Of a stretch of DNA of 32,000 bases, positions 9,420-18,957 are shown piece by piece. Origin of the DNA: Hyperthermus butylicus DSM 5456. GTDB taxonomy: Archaea > Thermoproteota > Thermoprotei_A > Sulfolobales > Pyrodictiaceae. The stretch is taken from positions 1,380,001 through 1,412,000 of the forward strand of contig NC_008818.1 of assembly GCF_000015145.1 (NCBI RefSeq). The letters run 5' to 3'. The notes beneath the pieces are model-generated. The model saw only the letters and a list, made by a program, of their open reading frames with translations. It had not been told where the DNA came from and searched no databases. A program made the position numbers and the translations under genes. Numbering within the stretch: the stretch's first letter is position 1; each line of letters opens with the position of its first letter.

Positions 9420-10106
9420 ATGTGCCAGTACTCCCGTGCAGAGTGGAGCCTGGCAGCTTTAGCCCTAGCCGCGGTGGTAACACCCCTACTCTACGCTGCA
9501 ACGGCGAGCGCCCAGGACGCCACGCAGCTCTATCCGTGTACCACTTGCCACAATGTCCTAAACCTAACCGGCGACAGGAAGGCAGTGCCATTCCACGGGA
9601 TAGACCTTACCGTGGGGGCACACCGTGGGCTCTACTGCTCCAACTGCCACGTCGCGCCTGTGATGCAGGAGCTTGTTAATGGTGCCGAGGTCTACATTCC
9701 AGGGTTGCACACAATGGAAGAGCTCATGGAGACCAATAAGGTGTGCGCCGTATGCCATCCACGAGAGTTTGCGGACTACCAGTACTTGGTGCATGGTAAC
9801 AAGACCTATGTCTGCCCAGGCGGCAACGTGACGAAGGTTATAGGTTACAAGGGCGTGACCTACGACTTCCACATCTGCAGCGATTACCGAAACCTAGAGA
9901 CGGTACCCGCCAGGGCCTGCGTGGAATGCCACAACCCTCATACACCAACCATGCCACCGGTCAGTATCCTGCCGGTACCCTCTGAGAGGCCAGCACCACC
10001 CGACGAGTCAAGCATTGCATACGGTACAGCAGCTGCTGTTATAGGCGGGCTAATTCTCGCCATAGGCGCCCTCATCCTCCCCCTAGGTCACACGCGTAGC
10101 CGGTAA
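9420..10106 (+). CDS. Tetraheme c-type cytochrome with signal peptide and C-terminal TM helix
   Basis: Four CxxCH motifs (CTTCH, CSNCH, CAVCH, CVECH); signal peptide AALALAAVVTPLLYAATASA; C-terminal AYGTAAAVIGGLILAIGALILPLG. ORF track start is 9405; 9420 (MCQYSRAEW) is also possible. Confidence 0.9.
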   Translation: MCQYSRAEWSLAALALAAVVTPLLYAATASAQDATQLYPCTTCHNVLNLTGDRKAVPFHGIDLTVGAHRGLYCSNCHVAPVMQELVNGAEVYIPGLHTMEELMETNKVCAVCHPREFADYQYLVHGNKTYVCPGGNVTKVIGYKGVTYDFHICSDYRNLETVPARACVECHNPHTPTMPPVSILPVPSERPAPPDESSIAYGTAAAVIGGLILAIGALILPLGHTRSR

Positions 10107-10113
10107 AGCTGGG

Positions 10114-11194
10114 GTGGAGGCCGGGATGGTGGAGAGGAGCAGCCCAGGAAAAAACAGTACCCAGGTTGATCGGTCTAGGAGGGAATTCCTCAAGGCAGCT
10201 ACTGTTGCAGCTAGCGTCTCGGCAATCTCCTTCCTAGCTGTGAACCGGGACGAGCTGGATAGAGTCCTGGTGCCGGTTAAGCTTGGGGACCTCCTAGCTG
10301 AGGCTGAAGAGGGCGAGAGCGAACTCGAGCGCAGGGCTAGGAGGAAGGAGGAGGAGCTGAGGAAGTGGTGCCAGGCGGAGGCCGAGAAGATATGTGGCGA
10401 GTACGGTGAGGACTCTGACGCTTGTAGGGAGGCTAGGAAGCGCTGCGAGATGATAAGGGTTAAGGCTACGGGGCCCCGGAAGGGAGCCCGCTACGCCATG
10501 GCCCTTGACATTAACAAGTGTATAGGGTGCCGCCGCTGCGCCTACGCTTGTGTCATGGAGAACAATCAGGCGAGAAACCTGGGGATAGAGTGGATCAGAG
10601 TACTAGAGCTGCCCAGGGAGGGGGAGCTAGAGCTACTTCACGCCGACATGTACTACGCCGAGGCCCCCAAGGAAGGACAAGGTCTACGTGCCAGTAGCAT
10701 GTATGCACTGCGAGAACCCGCCGTGTGTCATGGTTTGCCCGGTTAGGGCTACCTGGAAGGAGCCCGATGGCATTGTAGTGATTGACTATGACCGCTGCAT
10801 AGGCTGTAGATACTGTATAACAGCATGTCCCTACGGTGCACGCCGCTTCAACTGGGCCAAGCCCTATGTGCCAGTGACAGAGCTAAACCCCAACATGCAC
10901 ATACTCGGCAACGTGCCACGCCAGATACACGTCGTGGAGAAGTGTACCTGGTGCATACAGCGCACCCGCGATGGCGGCGTACCGGCGTGCGTCGAGGTCT
11001 GCCCTGTTGGTGCGAGAGTCTTCGGAGACCTCAACGACCCTGAGAGTCCGATACGCCGCGTCCTAAGAGAGTACGGTGGCTTCGTATTGAAGCCCGAGGC
11101 TGGCACCAAGCCCAGATTCTTCTACTTCTTTGGCCCCAAGCGTACACCTCCACGCGAATCCACGGAGACAAGGGCAGCTCAGGGACAAGGGTAG
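10114..11194 (+). CDS. Tat-signal 4x[4Fe-4S] ferredoxin-like electron-transfer subunit (NrfC/PsrB/HybA-like), interrupted by a +1 frameshift
   Basis: ORFs 10114..10746 and 10688..11194 read as one protein if one G is skipped near 10675. Tat-like SRREFLKAATVAASVSAISFLAV; cysteine motifs CIGCRRCAYAC, CMHCENPPCVMVCP, CIGCRYCITACP, CTWC...CVEVCP. Confidence 0.9.
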
Positions 11195-11218
11195 ACCTCT
11201 CCGAGGGGGTGTGCCTGG

Positions 11219-12475
11219 ATGACGCGTAGCGGTGGCTTCCTAGACACGATAAAGTACGTTATCCGGGAGGCGCTACTAACTGGTAGCCCACGCTACTACA
11301 TGGCATTCTTGGGCCTGCTGCTGGTAGCAGCGTACGGCATCTACCTCTGGATATTCGTCCAGCATGCCCCGATATTCCTCGGCAAGGATGAGGGAGGCCT
11401 AATACTCACCAACCTCAGCGACACTGTGCCATGGGGGATCTACATATCGTTCTTCGTGTTCTGGGTCGGAGTGGCAGCGGCAGGCATAATGTTCGGCATA
11501 GCAGCATACGTATTCGGGGACAAGGAGTTCAAGAAGGTAGCGGTACTCGGCGAGGTACAGGCGGTAGCAGCAATAATAACCGTGCTGACACTAATCATGG
11601 TCGATGTCGGTAGGCCGTTCCGCGCGCTAATACTGCTACCGCAGCTGCCAAACCTAAAGTCGATGCTAGACTGGGACTTCATAGTGCTAACCACCTACCT
11701 AGCACTAAATCTGATAGGTGTGCTGGTAACAGTGCACTACTACCGCCAGGACAAGCCGCTACCCAAGAAGTTCATAGTGCCATTCATAATCATAGCGGCG
11801 CCCTTCGCGATAGGTATACACACTGTGACAGCATTCATATCGCAGGCACTAACAGCTAGGCCTATCTGGAACAGCCCACTACTCGCACCACGCTATGTTG
11901 CAACAGCATTCGCTAGTGGACCAGCCATACTGCTAATAGCACTATACCTCGCCGAGCGCTACATAGACGGTTTCAAGGTAGACTTCAGCGTCTACAAGAA
12001 GACTCTATACGTAATAGTAGGCTCGCTGATAGTAGGCCTATACTTCACCTTCAGCGAGATTCATGAGATATTCTGGTACACCACTGAGTCTATGAAGAAG
12101 GCGCAGGCTGAGGTGCTATTCTTTGGCTACCACGTGCCATACCTAGCGATACTAGTGTGGCTCTGGATAGGCCTAGGCATAGCGGCAGTAATCCTAGGCA
12201 TACTGCCACGGGTACACAATACGAAGAGGGGCATACTCTTAGTCTCGGCAATAACGGTGATAGCAGTGGTGGCAGAGAAGACGATGACGATAATCATACC
12301 AGGATACATACCAGGAAGCCTTGGCGAAATACGCCCATACTACCCGACACCGCTAGAGATAGGTATAACGATCGGCGTACACGCGCTAGGCATACTAGTC
12401 TACCTGCTACTCGCAAGGCCAGCGCTGAAAGCAGTGATAACCCACTACTACAAAGGCGGCAGTGTACACCACTAA
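11219..12475 (+). CDS. nrfD: NrfD/PsrC-like polytopic membrane subunit
   Basis: 418-aa polytopic protein; NLSDTVPWGIYISFFVFWVGVAAAGIMFGI and VDVGRPFRAL are typical of the NrfD/PsrC/HybB family; directly downstream of the FeS subunit. Confidence 0.9.
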   Translation: MTRSGGFLDTIKYVIREALLTGSPRYYMAFLGLLLVAAYGIYLWIFVQHAPIFLGKDEGGLILTNLSDTVPWGIYISFFVFWVGVAAAGIMFGIAAYVFGDKEFKKVAVLGEVQAVAAIITVLTLIMVDVGRPFRALILLPQLPNLKSMLDWDFIVLTTYLALNLIGVLVTVHYYRQDKPLPKKFIVPFIIIAAPFAIGIHTVTAFISQALTARPIWNSPLLAPRYVATAFASGPAILLIALYLAERYIDGFKVDFSVYKKTLYVIVGSLIVGLYFTFSEIHEIFWYTTESMKKAQAEVLFFGYHVPYLAILVWLWIGLGIAAVILGILPRVHNTKRGILLVSAITVIAVVAEKTMTIIIPGYIPGSLGEIRPYYPTPLEIGITIGVHALGILVYLLLARPALKAVITHYYKGGSVHH

Positions 12476-12643
12476 CAACAGCCATGAAGTGGAAAACCCT
12501 ACTCCCCTCACGGTGTTTCTAGATGTTTTCACACGCGTACAACGCCGCGATGAATACCGAAAACATACACATGGTGGGCTCTCGGGTAGAGTGTAGGGGA
12601 TTCCCCAAAGGGAGAGGCAGGCCAGGATGGGGGTGGGCACTGC

Positions 12644-13246
12644 ATGCGTGACCGCGCCTCGGCGCCTGTGTTACTTACAGCGGTACTCGTACTAGCACTA
12701 GCATCCATAGGTGCTGCCGCACTATCCGCGGAGGAGGCTGAGAAGCTATTCCAGTCGAGCGGTTGCACGGGCTGCCATAACGGTGTAGTAGCGCCAGACT
12801 TTCAGGGCACCATAGCAGTCATTAGGGAGTGGGCATCAAAATATGAGACCCTCGACGAGGCTGTGGCTGCAGAGGCTCCCAACTTTAAGATGTTTAATAA
12901 TGCTAAGAGCTGGGATGAGCTAATGAGCTCGATGCCGGGAATAACACCTGAGCTCAAGGATTACTTTGCAAGGGTTTTCGAGGAGGCAAAGACTGGAGCA
13001 GTACCAGTCCAGGAGCAGCCAGCAGGTGAAACCACCGAACAGCCAGTGCAGCCGACAACACCGGTGGTGACGCAACCAAAACCCAAGCCGGCGGTTAACG
13101 TCACGAAACTGCCAGAGGTATCGGCTCCAAACCCCTCAGCGCAGGCAGAATCACTAGTAAAGACAGGCCTACCGGCAGGCGTAGCAGTCCTCATAACAGC
13201 AATAGTAATCCTGGCAGCCTTCACAAAGAAGGCCAGGCAGCACTAA
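12644..13246 (+). CDS. Monoheme c-type cytochrome with Pro/Thr-rich linker and C-terminal TM anchor
   Basis: Signal-like N-terminus; SSGCTGCHNGVVAPDF heme motif; linker QEQPAGETTEQPVQPTTPVVTQPKPKP; TM helix AGVAVLITAIVILAAF plus KKARQH. Confidence 0.82.
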   Translation: MRDRASAPVLLTAVLVLALASIGAAALSAEEAEKLFQSSGCTGCHNGVVAPDFQGTIAVIREWASKYETLDEAVAAEAPNFKMFNNAKSWDELMSSMPGITPELKDYFARVFEEAKTGAVPVQEQPAGETTEQPVQPTTPVVTQPKPKPAVNVTKLPEVSAPNPSAQAESLVKTGLPAGVAVLITAIVILAAFTKKARQH

Positions 13247-13296
13247 CCCAGACCCCCCACTATTTTTTACAACAGCTCCAGACCGTGTGGGGGCTC

Positions 13297-15156
13297 CTAG
13301 GCTTTGTATATGTGGAGCCTTCTGTTGTCGATTTGTATCGTTGCCAGCTCCAGTACCTTGTCGGGATCGTTTTCTGCTGGGTAGTCTAGACTGATTATGG
13401 ATGCACCCAGGCCCTTCAAGGCTTCCAGCAGTTTTGCCACGGCTCTAGGTAGGAGGTATGCATATGCCGTGTCTGCCCGGCGCGGCCTGAACACGGCCAG
13501 GTCGGATACTACAGTGTGCGCCAGGGGGTTGTCTCTCAGCCTTCTATGGGCCTCTACTGCTAAGGTCTCGTCGAGCTCTAGGCAGATGGTGTGCATTCCC
13601 CGTTCCGCGGCCTTGGCTGCCACGGTGGCTGTGCCGCAGCCCGGCTCATAGTATATGGGCTGCCGGTTTCCGGCCCTAGCTGCAGCCATGGCTTCCACAA
13701 GGTCTAGTATCGTGTCCACGATATCGCTGCTTGTTGGAACGTAGGGCGAGAGGCTACCCGCAGCATCCATTATGGAGGCAAAGGCGTCGTAGAGTAGTTG
13801 TATTGTCCTACCAAGCTCTAGCTCGTCCAGTACAAGCTCATCTGATTCCATGGGGTCGGTGGGAAACCGCTCCTCCCCACCCTTGCGTGTCGGTGGCCTG
13901 TCTCTCGTCATCCCCCCACCCCCTGGCTGTTCCGTGTCTGCTAGCTTCCCTAAGAGCTTCTGGAGAGCACCTCCCTCTACTATGCGGCGTAGCTTGTTCT
14001 CGTGCACCCGGTAGGCTTTGCGGATCCAGCTGGGCTGGCCCTCCAGGCTCCCACTGCATGCTAGGCCTATGCCACAAGCCTTGTCCATAAACTCGGTCCA
14101 GGAGAGACTCTCGCCCCTCGCCGATGAGAGGTAGTGGTACTCGTGGAGCGTAGGCCGTACCGCCACCGGCCGCCGAAAACCGAGCCACTCTAGGCAGCAC
14201 GTCTTGCCAGGCTGGTACCAGCGTGTCAAGCCCGGAGCATCGGGGCGGAGCGTGTCCTTGCAGGCGGAGTATACCGCGCCATACCGGGCTGCTAGTGCTG
14301 CGAGCGCAGTGTGCATCTGGAGCCTCCATGGACTCGTGGGGTGGAGGAGGGGCTCCCGGCCAGGCTCCTCGCCGAGCTGGTAGGGCTCCCAGTTCCACCT
14401 CCTCCAGTCCATGCCTAGCAGTTTGTAGAGCCTCTCAAGGCCCTCCCTCGTCTCGCGCAGCGGCTCACCTATGACGCCCCGGGCGCCCCTCTCCAGGGCC
14501 TCCTCCGCCGCCCAGAGGTGCTCCTCCTCTAGGCCGGGTATGAGCGGCTGAACCCTCACCACCACTGGCACCCTGTGGCCCACGAGGTGCTCGAGCGCTT
14601 CCAGCCTCGCCTCAACTGGTGGGGCTCCAGGCTCGAGCAGTACCGCTACCCGGCTACTGTAGGGTATGGTGAGCTGCACGATGAGGAGGCCGTGATCAGC
14701 AAGGGCTAGGAGGAGAGACTCTAGCTCGGGGTCGCGGCGCGGATCCCCCTTTGTATTCAGCACTATTGGCACCTTGTGGCGGAGCGCGATACGCAGCAGC
14801 CTCTTAATCACAGGGTGGAAGGGCCCTCTAGGCGGCTGGAGCGGGTCGCTGAGCGTGGCGAGTCGGAAGAATGGCTTCGGCTCCCTTAGCCTCTGGGCAA
14901 GCTTCTCGAAGAGCTTTGGAAGCCAGGGCTTCGCCTGCGACTTGCCGTGGGGGCCACGGTACCAGCGAGCGTAGCAGTAGACGCAGCCATAGCTGCAGGT
15001 CGTGAAGGGTTCCAGACGCAGTATAGAGTAGCACAGCGAGGAGATATAGTTGCTAGGCTTGATTACAAACTCTAGCCACTCAACCACATCATACCAGCCC
15101 GGTATGAGAATAGCAGCACCATAGCTAATTAGGCTATAAGTCTGGCAACAAGTCAA
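13297..15156 (-). CDS. Radical SAM protein (SplB-like) fused to a SAM-dependent methyltransferase-like domain
   Basis: N-terminus TTCSYGCVYCYARWYRG (CxxxCxxC) with FFRLATLSDPLQPPRGP. C-terminus SSDIVDTILDLVEAM...PIYYEPGCGTATVAAKAAERG resembles a class I methyltransferase motif I. First codon uncertain; the radical SAM part could begin near VVEWLEFVIKPSN. Confidence 0.8.
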   Translation of the reverse strand: MTCCQTYSLISYGAAILIPGWYDVVEWLEFVIKPSNYISSLCYSILRLEPFTTCSYGCVYCYARWYRGPHGKSQAKPWLPKLFEKLAQRLREPKPFFRLATLSDPLQPPRGPFHPVIKRLLRIALRHKVPIVLNTKGDPRRDPELESLLLALADHGLLIVQLTIPYSSRVAVLLEPGAPPVEARLEALEHLVGHRVPVVVRVQPLIPGLEEEHLWAAEEALERGARGVIGEPLRETREGLERLYKLLGMDWRRWNWEPYQLGEEPGREPLLHPTSPWRLQMHTALAALAARYGAVYSACKDTLRPDAPGLTRWYQPGKTCCLEWLGFRRPVAVRPTLHEYHYLSSARGESLSWTEFMDKACGIGLACSGSLEGQPSWIRKAYRVHENKLRRIVEGGALQKLLGKLADTEQPGGGGMTRDRPPTRKGGEERFPTDPMESDELVLDELELGRTIQLLYDAFASIMDAAGSLSPYVPTSSDIVDTILDLVEAMAAARAGNRQPIYYEPGCGTATVAAKAAERGMHTICLELDETLAVEAHRRLRDNPLAHTVVSDLAVFRPRRADTAYAYLLPRAVAKLLEALKGLGASIISLDYPAENDPDKVLELATIQIDNRRLHIYKA

Positions 15157-15263
15157 GCAGACGTTTCAGAAGCCATGTTACCGCGTCTAGTAGATGCTCC
15201 AAGGTTACTTGGGGCTACATACCGGTAGGTGTGTTGTAGCGCTAGTGGCTTGAAATAAGCTCT

Positions 15264-16550
15264 GTGGGACTTCTATGCTTGGTGGTTTGGGTTTTGCGCG
15301 GCTGCCTGGTATATCTTGCTTCACCCATTCACCAGCAAGAGTATGTATCTTGGCTCCGCTACACGTTCAAGACTTTCCTGCTGCATGCCGGTGTTAGTGT
15401 AAAGGATAGGGGTCTTGCTACGAGCCCCGAGGAGGCGGCAAGGCTTGTCGAGGGCTGCAACTATGTCGTAGCGGTTGTTGCTACTGGTGGATCCGAGGAG
15501 CTCATACTATCGGTTGTAAAGGCGGCTCGTGGCGCGCCAGTGCTAATTGTCGCTCAGCCCTATGCTAACAGTCTCCCCGCAGCACTTGAAGCCTACCCTC
15601 TCCTCCGCGGTGGGAATACTGCGCTAGTATTCCTTGATAGTCTCGATCCCAGCTCTGTGGGTGCTGTTAGGAAGCTGCGTAGCGCCGTTGCTGGGTTGCG
15701 TGGGGCTGCAAAGCTGCGCTCAGCCCGCATAGGCCTTATAGGGGAGCCCAGCCCATGGCTCGTCTACAGTCGTACCACGCTTGAGAAGCTACGGGAGAGG
15801 CTTGGCGCCATACTCGTCCGGATAGAGATGGAGGAGCTCTACGAACTTATGGACCGTGCTGAGCCCTCAGAGGAGCTTGTAGAACGTATCTATCACGGCG
15901 CAGCAGCAGTAGATGTCCCACGTGGCCGTGTTCCGAATGCCCTCCGAGTCTACCTGGCCCTTCGCAGCATCGTTGAGAAGCACCGGCTCGATGCTGTCAC
16001 CGTGGAGTGTTTCCGCCTCATAAAGGAACGAGGCACTACAGCTTGTCTGGCCCTCTCGCTACTCAATAGCGAGGGTGTAGTGGCTGGCTGCGAGGCCGAC
16101 GTGCCATCCACTGTTACGATGCTACTTCTCCACACCGTTTCAGCAGGCCCAGTCTTCATGGGTAACCCCTCAATAGTAAAGGGTGACAAGCTGATGATTG
16201 CCCACTGCACAGCACCCATCGCAATGGGGAGGCGCTACACGCTTCACAGCCACTTCGAGAGCGGCCTCGGCGTAGGGATCTCTATACAGCTGGAGCCGGG
16301 CACAAGAGTGACGATAGCCAGGTTCGACCCAGAGTTCAGGGTACTACGGGTCGGCCGTGGCGTGGTGGAGGAGTCGGGGCTGCTTAGCAGACTGCACTGC
16401 CGCACCCAGCTCTGGATAAGGCTTGACGGCAACGCGGAGAGGATAGTAGAGGAGAGCATCGGCAACCACTACGTTGTGGCCCTCGGGGACCACGTGGACG
16501 CTCTTAGGGCTGCAGCATCCATACTGGGGTCTAGTTTGGACATCCTCTAA
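15264..16550 (+). CDS. L-fucose/L-arabinose isomerase-like family protein
   Basis: 428-aa ORF; VVAVVATGGSEELIL, LDAVTVECFRLIKERGTTACLALSLLNSEGVVAGCEADVPSTVTMLLLH and a late AHCTAP segment resemble FucI/AraA-fold proteins. Confidence 0.7.
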   Translation: MGLLCLVVWVLRGCLVYLASPIHQQEYVSWLRYTFKTFLLHAGVSVKDRGLATSPEEAARLVEGCNYVVAVVATGGSEELILSVVKAARGAPVLIVAQPYANSLPAALEAYPLLRGGNTALVFLDSLDPSSVGAVRKLRSAVAGLRGAAKLRSARIGLIGEPSPWLVYSRTTLEKLRERLGAILVRIEMEELYELMDRAEPSEELVERIYHGAAAVDVPRGRVPNALRVYLALRSIVEKHRLDAVTVECFRLIKERGTTACLALSLLNSEGVVAGCEADVPSTVTMLLLHTVSAGPVFMGNPSIVKGDKLMIAHCTAPIAMGRRYTLHSHFESGLGVGISIQLEPGTRVTIARFDPEFRVLRVGRGVVEESGLLSRLHCRTQLWIRLDGNAERIVEESIGNHYVVALGDHVDALRAAASILGSSLDIL

Positions 16551-16611
16551 GTAGACAGCCTCATCGATTTATTCCCCTGATCCATGCTGGTAAGACTGGT
16601 GACACAGCTCC

Positions 16612-17949
16612 TTGTCAAGGCCAAAGCGCGTAGTCATAATGGGTGCCGGCGGCCGCGACTTCCACGTCTTCAACATGGTCTACCGTGACAACCCCGAGTA
16701 TCAGGTTGTGGCGTTCACTGCCACCCAGATCCCCGGCATTGAGTGGCGCCGTTATCCTCCGAGCCTCGCCGGACCCCGGTATCCTGACGGCATCCCGATT
16801 GTACCCGAGTCTAAGCTCCCCGAGCTCGTAAAGGAGCATGGTGTGGATGAGGTCGTCCTCGCCTATAGCGATCTCACCTACGATGAGGTAGGCCATCTCC
16901 TAAGCATGGCACTCTCAACCGGCGCCACATTCAAGATCATAGGGCCAAGGGACACAATGATAACAAGCTATAAGCCCGTAATAGCCGTCACAGCTGTGAA
17001 GACCGGCGCTGGCAAGAGCACTGTTAGCAGGGCCTTGGTGAGGGAGATCAAGTCCCGGGGCCTGGAGCCCGTGGTTATAAGGCACCCGATGTCCTACGGC
17101 GACCTCGAGGCACGGAAGCTGATAGTTATAAGGAGTGAGGAGGATGTCGAGAAGTACCCGCTAACCATCGAGGAGAGGGAGGAGTTCGAGCCCTACCTAG
17201 GCATGGATGTAACCGTGATGGCCGGCGTGGACTACGGCATAGTGGTCCGGGAGGCCGAGAAGAGGGGCGACATACTGGTATGGGATGGAGGTAACAACGA
17301 CTGGCCATTCATAAGGCCCGACCTATGGATAGTCGTCGCCGACGCGCTGCGGCCCGGCCTGGAGGCATCCACTTTCCCCGGCGAGATAAACGTCCGGATG
17401 GCCGAGGTAGCAATCATCACTAAGGCTAGCGAGGCTGGCCCCGAGAACGTGAAGAAGGTACGGGAGAACCTACTACGGCTCAACCCAAAGCTGGACATCG
17501 CGGTAGCCGACATAGAGGTGACTGTTGACAAGCCCGAGATGATACAGGGCAAGAGGGTCGTAGTGGTCGAAGACTCGCCCACTGTAACCCATGGCGGTGC
17601 CCCGTACGCGGCAGGCTACGTAGCGGCGAAGAAGTATGGCGCAGAGATAGTCGACCCGAAGCCCTACGCGGTGGGCATCATAAAGGAGATGTACGAGACC
17701 TACCGGCACATGGGGCCAGTTGTACCGTCCACCGGCTACACGTCTGAGCAGCTCCGCCACCTAGAGGAGACGCTGAACCGTGTACCAGCAGATGTAGTAG
17801 TGATAGCGAGCCCGGCAAGGATAGAGAAGATGATAAAGCTCAACAAGCCCTACGTGAGGGTGAGCTACGAGCTAAAGGTACTAGAGGGCCCGACACCCAA
17901 AGACCTCGTCGACAGACTGCTCGAGAGGCACCCGGTACCCAAAGCCTAA
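16612..17949 (+). CDS. Cyclic 2,3-diphosphoglycerate synthetase-like P-loop protein
   Basis: 445-aa ORF; RVVIMGAGGRDFHVFNMVYRDNPEYQVVAFTATQIPGI, P-loop AVTAVKTGAGKSTVSR, LVWDGGNNDWPF, VTHGGAPYAAGYVAA. TTG start. Confidence 0.8.
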   Translation: MSRPKRVVIMGAGGRDFHVFNMVYRDNPEYQVVAFTATQIPGIEWRRYPPSLAGPRYPDGIPIVPESKLPELVKEHGVDEVVLAYSDLTYDEVGHLLSMALSTGATFKIIGPRDTMITSYKPVIAVTAVKTGAGKSTVSRALVREIKSRGLEPVVIRHPMSYGDLEARKLIVIRSEEDVEKYPLTIEEREEFEPYLGMDVTVMAGVDYGIVVREAEKRGDILVWDGGNNDWPFIRPDLWIVVADALRPGLEASTFPGEINVRMAEVAIITKASEAGPENVKKVRENLLRLNPKLDIAVADIEVTVDKPEMIQGKRVVVVEDSPTVTHGGAPYAAGYVAAKKYGAEIVDPKPYAVGIIKEMYETYRHMGPVVPSTGYTSEQLRHLEETLNRVPADVVVIASPARIEKMIKLNKPYVRVSYELKVLEGPTPKDLVDRLLERHPVPKA

Positions 17950-18066
17950 GCCTCAATTATTTCTCCCACACCCATCCACTATCCTCCCCCGCGACAAGAG
18001 GGCATCCCGCCCGCGGGGTTATAGAGCTCCAGCCCTGCTCAACCCCTGGTAGTGGGTGAATAAGCC

Positions 18067-18408
18067 CTGGCGAGGAAGAAGAGGCGCGCCGAGGAGGAGG
18101 CTCGGAAGGAGCCACCACTACCAAGCGAGGAGGAGGGCACCCAGCTCTGCGTAGTGGTAAGGCTGCTCGGCGCAGACCACCTGCTGATAAGGTGCCAGGA
18201 CGGGGTTGAACGGAAGGCAAGGATACCCGGCAGCATGAGGCGCAGGGTCTGGATAAGGGAGGGCGACATAGTCCTAGCAGCCCCATGGGACTTCAAGCCA
18301 GACCGCGCCGACGTGGTGTACAGATACTCCAGGGAGGAGCTAAGGAAGCTCGTGGAGAAGGGCATAGTGCCACAAGAGCTTCTAGAGCTAGCAGAGGAGT
18401 ATGCATAG
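18067..18408 (+). CDS. eif1A: Translation initiation factor 1A (aIF1A), apparent CTG start
   Basis: The track ORF starts at 18154, but the frame is open back to a TAA at 18061 and encodes LARKKRRAEEEARKEPPLPSEEEGTQLCVVVRLLGADHLLIRCQDGVERKARIPGSMRRRVWIREGDIVLAAPWDFKPDRADVVYRYSREELRKL, a typical aIF1A OB fold. A GGGTGA Shine-Dalgarno-like element lies at 18054-18059. Confidence 0.88.
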   Translation: MARKKRRAEEEARKEPPLPSEEEGTQLCVVVRLLGADHLLIRCQDGVERKARIPGSMRRRVWIREGDIVLAAPWDFKPDRADVVYRYSREELRKLVEKGIVPQELLELAEEYA

Positions 18409-18417
18409 GCACCGTTA

Positions 18418-18669
18418 ATGTGTGAAGGCTACACGTGGAGAGAGGCTGGAAGTTTGACGAGCCTTTTGTCATCATTTTTAGCTGTCATCACCGGGTTCAC
18501 AGCAGCATTGGTACTAGTGGTTACCGGGAGGAGCAAGCCTCTACGGTACCTCTTCCTCGCAGGCTTCATGGTGCTAGCTTTTAGTGATGTCCTCGGAGGA
18601 GGCCACCTGTGGCCCATATGGCTCGCTGCTGGCGGCGCCATCCTAGCTGGGCTGCAACGAGAGAAATGA
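18418..18669 (+). CDS. Small membrane protein with two or three predicted TM helices
   Basis: 83-aa hydrophobic ORF (FLAVITGFTAALVLVVTG, YLFLAGFMVLAFSDVLGG, LWPIWLAAGGAILAGLQREK). Confidence 0.55.
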   Translation: MCEGYTWREAGSLTSLLSSFLAVITGFTAALVLVVTGRSKPLRYLFLAGFMVLAFSDVLGGGHLWPIWLAAGGAILAGLQREK

Positions 18670-18957
18670 GGGCAAAAAGATGCCCGCTAGGCTGGTCCAC
18701 GAGGCGTATAACATCCTAAAAGCTGTTAAGGTTAGCACAGCTAATGCTAGAACTATGATAGTGATGCCAACTAGGGTTAAGAGGGCTGGAATTACTAAAT
18801 GAATACGAGCATGTACACCAAAACACCCCGGTTAGGTAACTCCATGTATGCGATAAAGACGTAAAAGCTTAAGTAATAGCACCGAAGTGATGTGTCTAGG
18901 TACAGGAAAGGGTGGGTTAAGCGTGGTAGTACGTTCTGTTAGGGGTAGAAGAAAAAA

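Noticed and set aside
13838-14398. Plus and minus overlapping ORFs inside the radical-SAM gene region (for example the 186-aa track ORF)
   Set aside because: Opposite or shifted frame to a gene with strong radical SAM and methyltransferase motifs; shadow ORFs.
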